A DNA stretch of 64,000 nt from a virus (IMGVR_UViG_3300020577_002532:4345-68344), one strand, 5' to 3'; counted from the stretch's first letter, positions 8,857 to 17,809 are shown. Translations and numbers: made by a program. The notes: generated by a model from the letters alone, not told the origin.

Positions 8857-9909
8857 ATGGATTTCATTCTGAACGGACAGGCGAATGGAACGGTGGCTGC
8901 GAAGTTGATGGCCAATAACTTCAACGTCCACGCCCTTCGCCCTTGGATCGGCAATGATGGCCGGTCCTACATTTCCACGGTCAACGCCGAGGGTGAGTTG
9001 GAAGCAACTCCTTTGGCCAACGCCACGGCCACCCTGCGGAAGGATGACTGGAAAATCCTCGATGAAGCGATTGTCAAGGCTGCCAAGCCCCGGCTGCGCT
9101 TCGTTGCGGACCTCCGGGCTGCAGGCCTGACTTACAACATCCCCAACGGGATGGGTAAGACGGTACTGGAGACGGAGACCCAGAGCGACATTTCGGAAGC
9201 GGACATCAGCATGGACGGGCTGCGGAAGAGCAATGCTGATCGGCCTCTGTTCGAATTGTCCAACCTGCCTCTCCCGATCATCCACAAGGATTTCCAGTTC
9301 AGCGCACGACAGATTGCAACGTCGCGCAATGGCGGAAGCCCTCTGGATACCACCACGGCTGAGTTGGCTGGCCGTCGTGTGGCGGAGATGGCGGAACAGC
9401 TGGCTATCGGCGTGGTGGACGGGATCACCTACGGTGGCGGCACCATCTACGGTATGGTGAACTACGTCAACCGCATGACGAAGGTTCTCACCACCCCGAC
9501 TGGCTCCAACGGCAGCACCACGTTGGCTGAAGTACTGGCCATGAAGAAACAGGCACAGGATGCCTACCACTTTGGCCCGTACATGCTGTACGTGGCACCG
9601 GCTTGGGACCAGTTCCTGGACAACGACTTCTCCACGTCCAAGGGTGATAACACCCTCCGGGAGCGTCTGGCCAAGATCGACGGTATCCAGGGAATCCGCA
9701 CGTTGGATTACATGGAGAACTACGACATGGTGCTTGTCCAGATGACCACGGACGTTGTCCGTGAGGTCATCGGCATGGACATCACCACGGTGCAGTGGGA
9801 GGAGCAGGGTGGTATGCTCCTGAAGTACAAGGTGATGGCGATTCTGGTTCCGCAGTTGCGCTGCGACCAGAATTCCAAGACCGGCATTGTCCACGGCTCC
9901 ACGGCCTAA
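8857..9909 (+). CDS. Major capsid protein (HK97 fold, encapsulin/linocin-M18-like)
   Basis: Size (350 aa), position and strong codon bias. TLRKDDWKILDEAIVKAA, PLPIIHKDFQFSARQI and YGMVNYVNR resemble linocin-type capsids. Confidence 0.88.
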   Translation: MDFILNGQANGTVAAKLMANNFNVHALRPWIGNDGRSYISTVNAEGELEATPLANATATLRKDDWKILDEAIVKAAKPRLRFVADLRAAGLTYNIPNGMGKTVLETETQSDISEADISMDGLRKSNADRPLFELSNLPLPIIHKDFQFSARQIATSRNGGSPLDTTTAELAGRRVAEMAEQLAIGVVDGITYGGGTIYGMVNYVNRMTKVLTTPTGSNGSTTLAEVLAMKKQAQDAYHFGPYMLYVAPAWDQFLDNDFSTSKGDNTLRERLAKIDGIQGIRTLDYMENYDMVLVQMTTDVVREVIGMDITTVQWEEQGGMLLKYKVMAILVPQLRCDQNSKTGIVHGSTA

Positions 9910-9913
9910 ACGA

Positions 9914-9974
9914 CTTGGGCCCTTGGGAAGGTAGGGGTGTGCCTCCTCTCATCCCTGCCTTCCTGAGGCCCAAG
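9914..9974 (+). promoter_or_regulatory. Long stem-loop after the capsid gene
   Basis: GGAAGGTAGGGGTG (9926-9939) pairs with CATCCCTGCCTTCC (9950-9963), extended by CTTGGGCC/GGCCCAAG. Confidence 0.7.
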
Positions 9975-10029
9975 AAAAGGTGGTCTTACCCAAGAGGAGG
10001 ATGGAACCAGTTGAAGAGGAGGATGTGAG

Positions 10030-10515
10030 ATGAGGACGTTCAAGAACCTTGGGGGTGTTCACTCCCATACGTACCCGGACGGGAGAGTGGTGGAGATTCA
10101 GAAGGGTGAACTGGTTGAGACGGATATAGACCTGGCCAAGGTCTTCCGGCTCAAGTTTGAAGAGGTGTTTGCCCGTCCTGAACCTGCTCCTGCCGGCCCA
10201 CCGCCAAAGCCCATTCCCACTTCAATCCCGGAGAAAGCACCTGCGAAACAGGCTGCGGCTGTCCCGGGGAAGGCGAAAGCTGCTGATCCTGCACAGCCTA
10301 CGGCACGCAGGGAAAGTAAGCTGGGGAAGGATGTGTCTGATCGTTTCCCGCTTGCAAAAGAGGTGGGTTTGGTGATCCTCCGCAAAGGTGGGAAGTACAG
10401 CGTGACGGAGGAAGAAGACTTGGAAGAGGCGTTGGTTGGGCCTGTTTCCAAGGAAGCCGTTGAGAAGTACCTGGAGAGCCAGAAGGCTGAGGCTGAAGCT
10501 GAGGTGAAAGGCTAA
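10030..10515 (+). CDS. Hypothetical protein with Pro/Ala/Lys-rich linker (possible capsid accessory)
   Basis: AGAGGAGG RBS; PAPAGPPPKPIPTSIPEKAPAKQAAA linker. Confidence 0.7.
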   Translation: MRTFKNLGGVHSHTYPDGRVVEIQKGELVETDIDLAKVFRLKFEEVFARPEPAPAGPPPKPIPTSIPEKAPAKQAAAVPGKAKAADPAQPTARRESKLGKDVSDRFPLAKEVGLVILRKGGKYSVTEEEDLEEALVGPVSKEAVEKYLESQKAEAEAEVKG

Positions 10516-10517
10516 CC

Positions 10518-11150
10518 ATGCCCCGATGGCAGATACAACCCTTGTGGGCCGGCAAAGAGGTCTTCATCATCGGTGGAGGCCCTTCGCTGAAGACGTTCGA
10601 TTGGGAACGGCTCAAGGGTGAGTTTACCATCGGTTGTAATTCTGCGTTCCGGTTGGGACCGGAGGTTTGCAAAGTGTGCATCTTTGGGGACATGGGGTTC
10701 TTCCGCGAAAATGCGGACCAATTGAAATCATTCAATGGCCCCGTCTTCACGTGTGCCCGGAAGCTGGCGCAGGAAGAAATCCCTTGGTTGTACACTCTGG
10801 AGCGCAGGAACAGAGGTCTTCACTCAACGGCTTTGGGCTGGAATCAGAACACAGGGGCTTTGGCGATCAATCTCGCCATACTGTTGGGGGCCAAGTGGAT
10901 TTACCTCCTTGGGTACGACATGAAGCTCCAAGGAAGAGATTCCAACTGGCATGTCCATCAAAGTCCCAACAACAGCTCGGCCACTTACATGAAGTTCTTG
11001 CTTGCGTACCGGGATGTGGTGAAGGATTGGAAGGCCAAGTTCAGTGATCGTGAGATCATCAATGTGACTGATGACTCAGACTTGGAAGGGTTTCCCAAGG
11101 TCCCTCTCAAAACCTTTTGGGAAGAGCGTCAGAGGAGGATTGCGTCATGA
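10518..11150 (+). CDS. Maf/DUF115 (MptE-like) glycosyltransferase-like protein
   Basis: VFIIGGGPSL, TIGCN and LGAKWIYLLGYD motifs. Confidence 0.75.
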   Translation: MPRWQIQPLWAGKEVFIIGGGPSLKTFDWERLKGEFTIGCNSAFRLGPEVCKVCIFGDMGFFRENADQLKSFNGPVFTCARKLAQEEIPWLYTLERRNRGLHSTALGWNQNTGALAINLAILLGAKWIYLLGYDMKLQGRDSNWHVHQSPNNSSATYMKFLLAYRDVVKDWKAKFSDREIINVTDDSDLEGFPKVPLKTFWEERQRRIAS

Positions 11151-11572
11151 AGAACTGGATTCTGTTGTTCCTGTTCAGCCTGTTTGTCTTGGGCTTCTCC
11201 CAAGCGGCTGAGTCCACCGTTATCCCGCCCCAAACACCTTCAATTCTGGATACCATTCTGGGCTTCCTGAATTCCAGCGTTGGGGTCACGGCTATCGGCG
11301 GCATCATCGTCTGGATTTTGGGGAAGGTCTTTACGGCCAAACCGGAGTGGAAAGTGTACTACGACAAGTACCAACCGCTCTTGATTTCCGCTGTCAAGCA
11401 AGCTGAGAAGGCCATCCCGGACGACACCGATAACAAGGCCCTCAAACGAATGGACTTTGCTTTGAAGTACGTTCTGACGATTGAGGGGTCTTTGGCCAAC
11501 GCCAATCAGACGGCGTTGAAGGATGCCATCACTGCCGTCCACGCGGAAGCAGAGGCCAAAGAGAACATCTGA
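11147..11572 (+). CDS. Holin (LL-H-like)
   Basis: N-terminal hydrophobic helix and a TM segment, then AVKQAEKAI...KRMDFALKYV...ITAVHAE. Confidence 0.6.
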   Translation: MKNWILLFLFSLFVLGFSQAAESTVIPPQTPSILDTILGFLNSSVGVTAIGGIIVWILGKVFTAKPEWKVYYDKYQPLLISAVKQAEKAIPDDTDNKALKRMDFALKYVLTIEGSLANANQTALKDAITAVHAEAEAKENI

Positions 11573-11581
11573 GGGTGATCC

Positions 11582-11743
11582 ATGGCTTACTTGGTCCAAC
11601 TTGTCGTAGGGTTGTTCAAAGCCATCTTGGAAGTATTCATGTCCAAGCCCTACGACAAGAAGACCGAGTACAACGATGTGGGAAAGGAGGACCCAAAGAA
11701 TGGTAAGGATGCTGATGATCCTTTCACTCCTGATGATTACTAG
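11582..11743 (+). CDS. Putative i-spanin (N-terminal TM, 53 aa)
   Basis: Hand-translated as MAYLVQLVVGLFKAILEVFMSKPYDKK...; overlaps the downstream lipoprotein gene. Confidence 0.45.
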   Translation: MAYLVQLVVGLFKAILEVFMSKPYDKKTEYNDVGKEDPKNGKDADDPFTPDDY

Positions 11744-11990
11744 TGGGTGTTTTCTCCAGCCCACTAACCGGGAGGAAAAAGAATACAACTTCGTGGACTA
11801 CGATGCCAAGGCCCTTCGCTTGGCCAAGCCTGTGAAGGCTGAACTCCTGTCCAAGAATCCTGAGACGGGGAAATGGGAGCCCATTGGTAAGGGGGAGATT
11901 CCGGCTGGGGCCTACATCAAGGGGAGAAAGCCCCAACCTGTAGACCCAACCAAGGAAGCCCCAGAACAAGCCGTTGAGAAGGGAAACTAA
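11700..11990 (+). CDS. Lipoprotein, putative o-spanin
   Basis: AAGGAGG RBS; MVRMLMILSLLMITSGC lipobox; Pro-rich mature part. Confidence 0.55.
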   Translation: MVRMLMILSLLMITSGCFLQPTNREEKEYNFVDYDAKALRLAKPVKAELLSKNPETGKWEPIGKGEIPAGAYIKGRKPQPVDPTKEAPEQAVEKGN

Positions 11991-11991
11991 C

Positions 11992-12411
11992 ATGGCTCGC
12001 ACGACTGCGGCAAATGTTGGGAAGGTTGTGGAGGTTGATGCCTCCATCGACCTTGAGCCCTTCATCGACATGGCCAACGAGTTGGTGACCGAGTGTTGTG
12101 TTGGGGTGAACGACACCGAGTACACCGCTGTCCGGTTGGAGTTGATTGAGCGTTGGTTGGCCGCTCATTTCTACGTCATCCGGGACCCAAGGCTGGCCAG
12201 CGAAGGGATTGGGCCGATGCGGGAACAGGCCCAGAATCCCCAAGTCCAAATGGCCTTCCACGGTACCAAGGAGGGTCAGCAGGCCCTCCTCTTGGATACC
12301 TATGGAGGCCTGGCCGCGTTGAGTGCCCGGATAGCCGGTGGAGGGAAGAAGGCTGCGGCTATCATTTGGGGTGGAACCACGGACCAAGATGAGGATGGGG
12401 TGGAGGACTAA
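11992..12411 (+). CDS. Head-tail adaptor (DUF4054-like)
   Basis: ELIERWLAAHF and TKEGQQALLL motifs; position. Confidence 0.7.
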   Translation: MARTTAANVGKVVEVDASIDLEPFIDMANELVTECCVGVNDTEYTAVRLELIERWLAAHFYVIRDPRLASEGIGPMREQAQNPQVQMAFHGTKEGQQALLLDTYGGLAALSARIAGGGKKAAAIIWGGTTDQDEDGVED

Positions 12412-12758
12412 TGGGGCTTCTGGAGCGGATTAGAAAGCAGACGGCTGTGTACTGGGCTCCCAGTACGGGAGCAGACCGTCATGGGCGTCCTCAGTACGGG
12501 GATGCTGTGGAGCTTTCTTGCCGATGGGAGCCTACTACCAGCGAGTTTATTGGTCCTGAAGGCACTCGGGAGTTGAGTACTGCCGTGGTATACCTTGGGG
12601 AAGACGTTGAGGTTGGAGGCATCCTGATGCTTGGGGCTTTGGCCGATGTGGAGTTGGAAGGAGACCCCAAGGCCAACCCAGACGCCCACGAGATCAGGCG
12701 GTTTGAGAAACTCCCCAACATCCGCCAGACCAAGATTATGCGGAGGGCCTTCCTATGA
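12411..12758 (+). CDS. Head closure / head-tail joining protein
   Basis: 115-aa beta-rich protein in the canonical neck position. Confidence 0.6.
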   Translation: MGLLERIRKQTAVYWAPSTGADRHGRPQYGDAVELSCRWEPTTSEFIGPEGTRELSTAVVYLGEDVEVGGILMLGALADVELEGDPKANPDAHEIRRFEKLPNIRQTKIMRRAFL

Positions 12759-13216
12759 GGCTCACTAAATGCCGGGGAATAGATACCGTCATCCGTAACA
12801 TCCGCAAACACCAGAAGGTGACCCAGGCCGCAGTCATGATCGCCCTCCTCCGGGCGGGATTGAAGCTTCAAAGGGCATCCCAGAAGATTGTCCCGGTCCA
12901 GTTTGGGAACCTGAAGGCGTCTGCTTTCACGCGGTTGACTTCCCGGGGAGACTCGGTGACGGTGGGATATACCGCAGCGTATGCGGTGTATGTCCATGAG
13001 AATCTGGACGCTGCCCACGGAGAAGAATTCAACCGGAAACATCGGAAAGAGATTGCAAACGCCCATACCCCGGCCCAGAAAAAGATTTGGTTCCGGCGTG
13101 GGAAAAACCAACAGGCTAAGTTCTTGGAACGTCCGTGGAAGGAGATGCGATTGGAGCTTTTCAATGATCTCCGCCATGACATCGCCAAGGCTTACCAAGG
13201 AGGGGGCAAAGAATGA
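12755..13216 (+). CDS. Neck protein (HK97 gp10-like)
   Basis: VPVQFGNLKASA, VGYTAAYAVYVHE and QAKFLERP motifs. Confidence 0.8.
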   Translation: MRLTKCRGIDTVIRNIRKHQKVTQAAVMIALLRAGLKLQRASQKIVPVQFGNLKASAFTRLTSRGDSVTVGYTAAYAVYVHENLDAAHGEEFNRKHRKEIANAHTPAQKKIWFRRGKNQQAKFLERPWKEMRLELFNDLRHDIAKAYQGGGKE

Positions 13217-13644
13217 ATCACGCTCCTTCTGAAATCATCTCCAAGATGATGCGGGACTTGGGCCTGTTTGAACCCTACGATTCAGACACTTGGCCGTTGT
13301 TTGAGACCTCCATGCCAGAGGACCCAGACAATTGCGCTTGTGTGTACGATACTGCTCCTGTGGAAGACGGGACACTCCAGAAGACCTCCAACCGGATTGA
13401 ACATTGGGGAATCCAACTCAAGGTACGTCACCGGGAGTACACCGAGGGTTGGGTAAAAGCCAAAGCTGCCTTTGATTCGCTCATGGCTATCTCCAATCAG
13501 GTTGTGGTGGTAGATGAGGATTCCTACTTGGTACATGCTGCCACGGCGACAGCTGGGGTGATTCCTCTTGGGGTGGAACAGGAGGGTACGAAGAGACGGG
13601 AGTTGTTCACAGTGAACTTTTTGGCCACCATAACCCAGCAATAA
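13213..13644 (+). CDS. Tail terminator / minor capsid-3-like protein
   Basis: PEDPDNCACVYDT, IQLKVRH and FTVNF motifs; position. Confidence 0.7.
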   Translation: MNHAPSEIISKMMRDLGLFEPYDSDTWPLFETSMPEDPDNCACVYDTAPVEDGTLQKTSNRIEHWGIQLKVRHREYTEGWVKAKAAFDSLMAISNQVVVVDEDSYLVHAATATAGVIPLGVEQEGTKRRELFTVNFLATITQQ

Positions 13645-13657
13645 GGAGGGCATTTGA

Positions 13658-14266
13658 ATGCCTACGCTGACTGCAGGAAAGTCGGGAAGCATCGGTGGGG
13701 TGAGCTTTTCTCAAAGCATCAACCTTTCCGCTGATGCCGCTTTGGTCCAAGAGGAAAGCATGGTTGCGGCCGATGCTGGAGTCTTGACCACCAGAACGGA
13801 CAACGATACCGGTGAAATCACGTTGGATGATTCCGATGCGGTTGTGGCCACCGGGAAGGTTGATGTGTACTGGGATGGCGGACGCCGATACAACATGGAC
13901 GCCACTCTGGCTGCGGGTGTCCTGACGGTTGATGGTGGGTCCGGGGATAACCTTCCCACGGAAGACACTGAGGTCACCGTGATGAACCCCAAGGTTTTGA
14001 GCTTTGAGCTGGCTGCGGACTTTGTCCACGTGGCCCTCCTTGCCAAGCTCACCCAACTGGGTATCGTCATCTTTTGGACGGGTGCTTCTGGTAGCGGCAC
14101 TCCGGTTCTGGCTTGGGACGTTGGCTTGAATCAGCAACGTGATTGGAACAACCTCAATGGCCAGGACGATCCGATTGGGGCGGTTGTAATTAACCATGTA
14201 AGCGTGAGTCACGGTGGTGTTGTGGCCGCAACGGCAAAGGTTGGAGCACTCTATAACAACGCCTAA
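13658..14266 (+). CDS. Virion structural protein (beta-rich)
   Basis: AAGGAGG RBS; Gly/Thr/Asp-rich; lies between the terminator and tail tube genes. Confidence 0.6.
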   Translation: MPTLTAGKSGSIGGVSFSQSINLSADAALVQEESMVAADAGVLTTRTDNDTGEITLDDSDAVVATGKVDVYWDGGRRYNMDATLAAGVLTVDGGSGDNLPTEDTEVTVMNPKVLSFELAADFVHVALLAKLTQLGIVIFWTGASGSGTPVLAWDVGLNQQRDWNNLNGQDDPIGAVVINHVSVSHGGVVAATAKVGALYNNA

Positions 14267-14312
14267 TCCGCGTTGATTACCAGAGGCTCCCAGAAGAAGG
14301 AGACAGAAGATC

Positions 14313-14738
14313 ATGGCGAGAATTGACGACGGACATAGCACTACGATCAGCTTTGCGGATAATCCCAGTGTTAAGTTGTACGAGAAAGAGGTCACCCCAC
14401 CGGGCATCGATGGCGGCGGGGAGAACGATACCACCACGATGCAGAACACGGCTTGGCGGACTCGTGCCCCCAAGAAGCTCAAGACCTTGAGCGAGTGCTC
14501 CTTTGTGGCGGCGTATGATCCGGCGGTGTATGATGAAATCCTCACCCTCATCAACGCCAACAACCTGATCACGATCACCTTCCCGGACGGCTCCACGCTG
14601 GCCTTCTGGGGTTGGCTGAACGAGTTCAAACCGAACGCCAACGTGGAAGGCGAGCAGCCTACCGCAGAGGTGACGATCATCCCGAGCAACCAGAACGATT
14701 CACTGGTTGAAACGGCACCTGTGTATAATGCTCCGTAG
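14313..14738 (+). CDS. Major tail tube protein
   Basis: EVTPPGIDGG..DTTT, ITITFPDGSTLAFWGW and PTAEVTI motifs of lambda-like tail tubes. Confidence 0.85.
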   Translation: MARIDDGHSTTISFADNPSVKLYEKEVTPPGIDGGGENDTTTMQNTAWRTRAPKKLKTLSECSFVAAYDPAVYDEILTLINANNLITITFPDGSTLAFWGWLNEFKPNANVEGEQPTAEVTIIPSNQNDSLVETAPVYNAP

Positions 14739-14745
14739 CAATGTG

Positions 14746-14786
14746 CCGGGGGTGAGGGCTGTTAGATTACACAGCCCTCCCCCCGG
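14746..14786 (+). promoter_or_regulatory. GC-rich stem-loop after the tail tube gene
   Basis: CCGGGGG-t-GAGGGCTGT pairs with ACAGCCCTC-CCCCCGG; loop TAGATTAC; no U-tract. Confidence 0.65.
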
Positions 14787-14839
14787 GGAGCTGTGCCGGT
14801 TGTCAGGAAAGTGGGTGAAAAGGGCATCAGAGGAGGAAG

Positions 14840-15187
14840 GTGAAGATGGAACCGATCAAACTGACTTTGAAGTTGAAGGAAATTCCGGTGACGCTGGATG
14901 AGAAAGCGTACACGCTCAAGGAACTGTCCGGGGAAGCCCGGGACAAGTACCTCACCGGGATGAGCGACCGAGTGAAGTTCACCGATGGGAAGATGACGGG
15001 CCTGAAGAACTTCAACGGCCTCCAAGCTTCTCTTCTGGCGTTGTGTTTGTACGATAGCGATGGGGTCTTGGTCCCAATGAAAGACCTCCAAGCTTTCCCG
15101 GCGTCCACCTTGGCCACGTTGTTTGATGCGGCCCAAGAACTGAGTTCCTTGGGAGAAGGAGCCCAGAAGGAGGCAAAAAAAGAGTAG
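14840..15187 (+). CDS. Tail assembly chaperone (gpG-like)
   Basis: Position between the tail tube and TMP genes; ends GCA AAA AAA GAG TAG. Confidence 0.8.
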   Translation: MKMEPIKLTLKLKEIPVTLDEKAYTLKELSGEARDKYLTGMSDRVKFTDGKMTGLKNFNGLQASLLALCLYDSDGVLVPMKDLQAFPASTLATLFDAAQELSSLGEGAQKEAKKE

Positions 15188-15531
15188 TGGGGGAGAGGCG
15201 GCTTTGGTTTAAGCTTGCCTCTCACCTTGGGATTCCGCTCCAAGAATTGCAGGCGAAAACGACATCGACTGAATTTCTGGAGTGGGCGGCTTACTTGGAA
15301 TGGGATGAAGTCCATGGCTTTCATGCGGAACGTTGGTACATGGCGTCCATTGCGGCAGAGGTCCGCAAGGGTCATGTTAAGAACCCCAAGAACGTTCGCA
15401 TTGAGGACTGTCTTCTCAAGTTCAAAGTATCCCACGGAAGCCCAAGAAGAGTCACTGAGGAGGATGTAGAGGAAAGGACCAAGAGGTCCAAGACATATTG
15501 GGGTGCGGCGATTGGAATGAAGTTGAAATGA
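15187..15531 (+). CDS. Tail chaperone frameshift extension (gpT-like)
   Basis: In the -1 frame relative to gpG and open from the A7 run at 15175; typical W..Y motif. Confidence 0.75.
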   Translation: MGERRLWFKLASHLGIPLQELQAKTTSTEFLEWAAYLEWDEVHGFHAERWYMASIAAEVRKGHVKNPKNVRIEDCLLKFKVSHGSPRRVTEEDVEERTKRSKTYWGAAIGMKLK

Positions 15532-15538
15532 GGTTAGC

Positions 15539-17809
15539 ATGGCTGGTCCTGCGGTGAACCTTGGTTCCTTGGTGGTAGACCTCCGGGCGGACACCCTAGG
15601 TTTCACCAAGGCTATGGCGGGCGTGGAGCGGACGGTTAATGCCGCCTCTGAGAAACTTACCTCTCTGGGCACCAAGCTTTCTATCGCCCTCACCGCCCCC
15701 ATCGTAGGTTTTGCTTACAAATCCGTCCGGGCCTTTGTAGATTTTGATCAAGCCATGACTCAGTCCATGGCGATTATGGGAGAGATTTCAGAAGCTACCC
15801 GGACGGAATTGGAAGCCACCGCCAAGACCATCGCCATAAATACAACCACGAGTGCTACTGATCTTGCGAAGGCATATTACTTCCTTGCGTCTGCGGGTTT
15901 GGACGCCCAACAATCCATGAAGGCTCTGGCTGCCGTGGAGCAGTTTGCGACGGCTGGGCTTATGGATATGGAGCACGCCACGACTTACGCCATGGACGCC
16001 CAATCGGCCCTTGGGCTAAAGGTGAAGGATGCTACCCAGAACCTTACCAATCTGATCCGGGTAACGGATGTGTTATCCAAGGCTAACATCTTGGCCAACG
16101 CCAACATTGAGGAATTCAGCAAAGCCCTTACCACCAAGTCCGCAGCGGCCTTGAGGAATTTGAACAAGGACGTTGAGGAGGGCGTGGCGGTATTGGCGGC
16201 TTTCGCAGACCAAGGTATCAAGGGGGAGATCGCAGGTGAGAAACTCTCCATTGTTCTCCGGGACCTCCAGACCTCTGTTTTGAAGGAGAACAAGGCTTGG
16301 GCTCAGATGGGAATGTCCATTTACGATGTTAATGGGAAAATGCTCCCCATCGCGGATATCATTGCTCAACTGGAAACCAAGTTTGGGTCGATGACGGATA
16401 AGCAGCAGAAAGCCACGGCTGAGATGTTGGGCTTCCAAGACCGTTCTTTCAGCGCCATCCAGACTCTAATGGGGACCTCTGCGAAAATCCGGGAGTATGA
16501 GGAAGCCTTGAGAAAGGCTGGCGGCACTACCCGGGAGATTGCTGAAAAGCAGATGACCTCTTTTGCCGGACAAATGAAGATTCTGTGGAACAATATTGTG
16601 GATGTGTCCATGGAGATTGGGAAGGCCCTGATCCCAGCTATCCAAAAGGTGACGGCGTGGATTCAACAGGCCCTTAATTGGTGGAGAGGTCTCAACAACT
16701 CCTCCAAGGAATCCATCATGCTGTTCGCCGGGATAGCGGCTGCGGTGGGGCCAGCCCTCCTGATCCTTGGGAAGGTGATTGGGCTGATGAGTCCCTTCAT
16801 CGTCCTGTTCAAGGTGGCTGGGGCCTATCTCATCGGGTTGTTCGGCTCCATCTCCTCTGTGGGGCTGGTAGCCTTGATTCCTCTGATCAAGGTGATTGCG
16901 ATTATTGGTCTAGTGGTTGGGGCTGTAGTGGGGTTGATCTACTGGTTGGTGGGTTCAGAGGGCTTGGGGCAAGCTTGGACAACGGTGACCTCCGCCATGT
17001 CCAACTTCTTCTCCAAAGCCTTTGGATTTCTGATGAACTTCAGTACCAACATGAAGGCCATCATGGATTGGCTTCCGAACAACTGGACTATTCTCCTCAA
17101 CGACATGCTCCGGGCCTTGGGTATCTTCATTACCAACATGGTTTACAACTGGTTGATTTGGCAAAAAACCTTGATGAGGCTTTTTGTAATGTTCCAAGGT
17201 TGGTTGTTAGGAAAGTTCACTGAGATATTCTCCGTGGGCTTCCTCAACACTTTGTTCAACGCTCTGGCGGACGCTGGAGAAGCTATTTACCAATGGGCCC
17301 TCCAAGCTTGGGAATGGATCAAGTCCGTGTTTACTGGAAAAGATTTGAACGCCAACACCTTGACTCAACAACTCCGGGATGCTATGAAAGAAGGCTTTAT
17401 TACCCAAGACATCTTTGGGTCTGCCAAGGATATTATCAAGTCTGGGATGTCTGAAATGCGTGGACCTTTGGAAGGCTTCAAGTCCAACCTCAAAGACCTC
17501 CCAAACTTGGTGTTCGATGTAAACAAGCCGGATGGCGGGGGCTTCTGGAAGAAGGCTTTGGAAGCCTCCAAGATTCCAAGCTTTGAGGAAGCCAAGAAGC
17601 AGGAAGAGAAAGTGGCGGCTGCTCTTCCATACGATCCCATGATGAAGAATCAGTTCAAGACCATGAGCCTTGGTAAGTTCTCCCTGGCGGGAACAGCGGT
17701 GACGGCCAAGAAGGAGGAACAGCAGGTCCATGATTCGGTGGTGGCTGAGAAGATGGATAAGCTGATTGAGGTTACCAAAGGAAAGCCGGTGGGAGCCATT
17801 CTGACCTGA
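15539..17809 (+). CDS. Tape measure protein (TP901 family core)
   Basis: NLGSLVVDLRAD N-terminus, LADQGIKGEIAG-type core and hydrophobic W/F-spaced repeats. Confidence 0.93.
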   Translation: MAGPAVNLGSLVVDLRADTLGFTKAMAGVERTVNAASEKLTSLGTKLSIALTAPIVGFAYKSVRAFVDFDQAMTQSMAIMGEISEATRTELEATAKTIAINTTTSATDLAKAYYFLASAGLDAQQSMKALAAVEQFATAGLMDMEHATTYAMDAQSALGLKVKDATQNLTNLIRVTDVLSKANILANANIEEFSKALTTKSAAALRNLNKDVEEGVAVLAAFADQGIKGEIAGEKLSIVLRDLQTSVLKENKAWAQMGMSIYDVNGKMLPIADIIAQLETKFGSMTDKQQKATAEMLGFQDRSFSAIQTLMGTSAKIREYEEALRKAGGTTREIAEKQMTSFAGQMKILWNNIVDVSMEIGKALIPAIQKVTAWIQQALNWWRGLNNSSKESIMLFAGIAAAVGPALLILGKVIGLMSPFIVLFKVAGAYLIGLFGSISSVGLVALIPLIKVIAIIGLVVGAVVGLIYWLVGSEGLGQAWTTVTSAMSNFFSKAFGFLMNFSTNMKAIMDWLPNNWTILLNDMLRALGIFITNMVYNWLIWQKTLMRLFVMFQGWLLGKFTEIFSVGFLNTLFNALADAGEAIYQWALQAWEWIKSVFTGKDLNANTLTQQLRDAMKEGFITQDIFGSAKDIIKSGMSEMRGPLEGFKSNLKDLPNLVFDVNKPDGGGFWKKALEASKIPSFEEAKKQEEKVAAALPYDPMMKNQFKTMSLGKFSLAGTAVTAKKEEQQVHDSVVAEKMDKLIEVTKGKPVGAILT

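Noticed and set aside
10001-10033. Mini-ORF MEPVEEEDVR overlapping the start of gene 10030
   Set aside because: Its SD abuts the ATG with zero spacing, so efficient initiation is unlikely. It is treated as a by-product of the duplicated SD.
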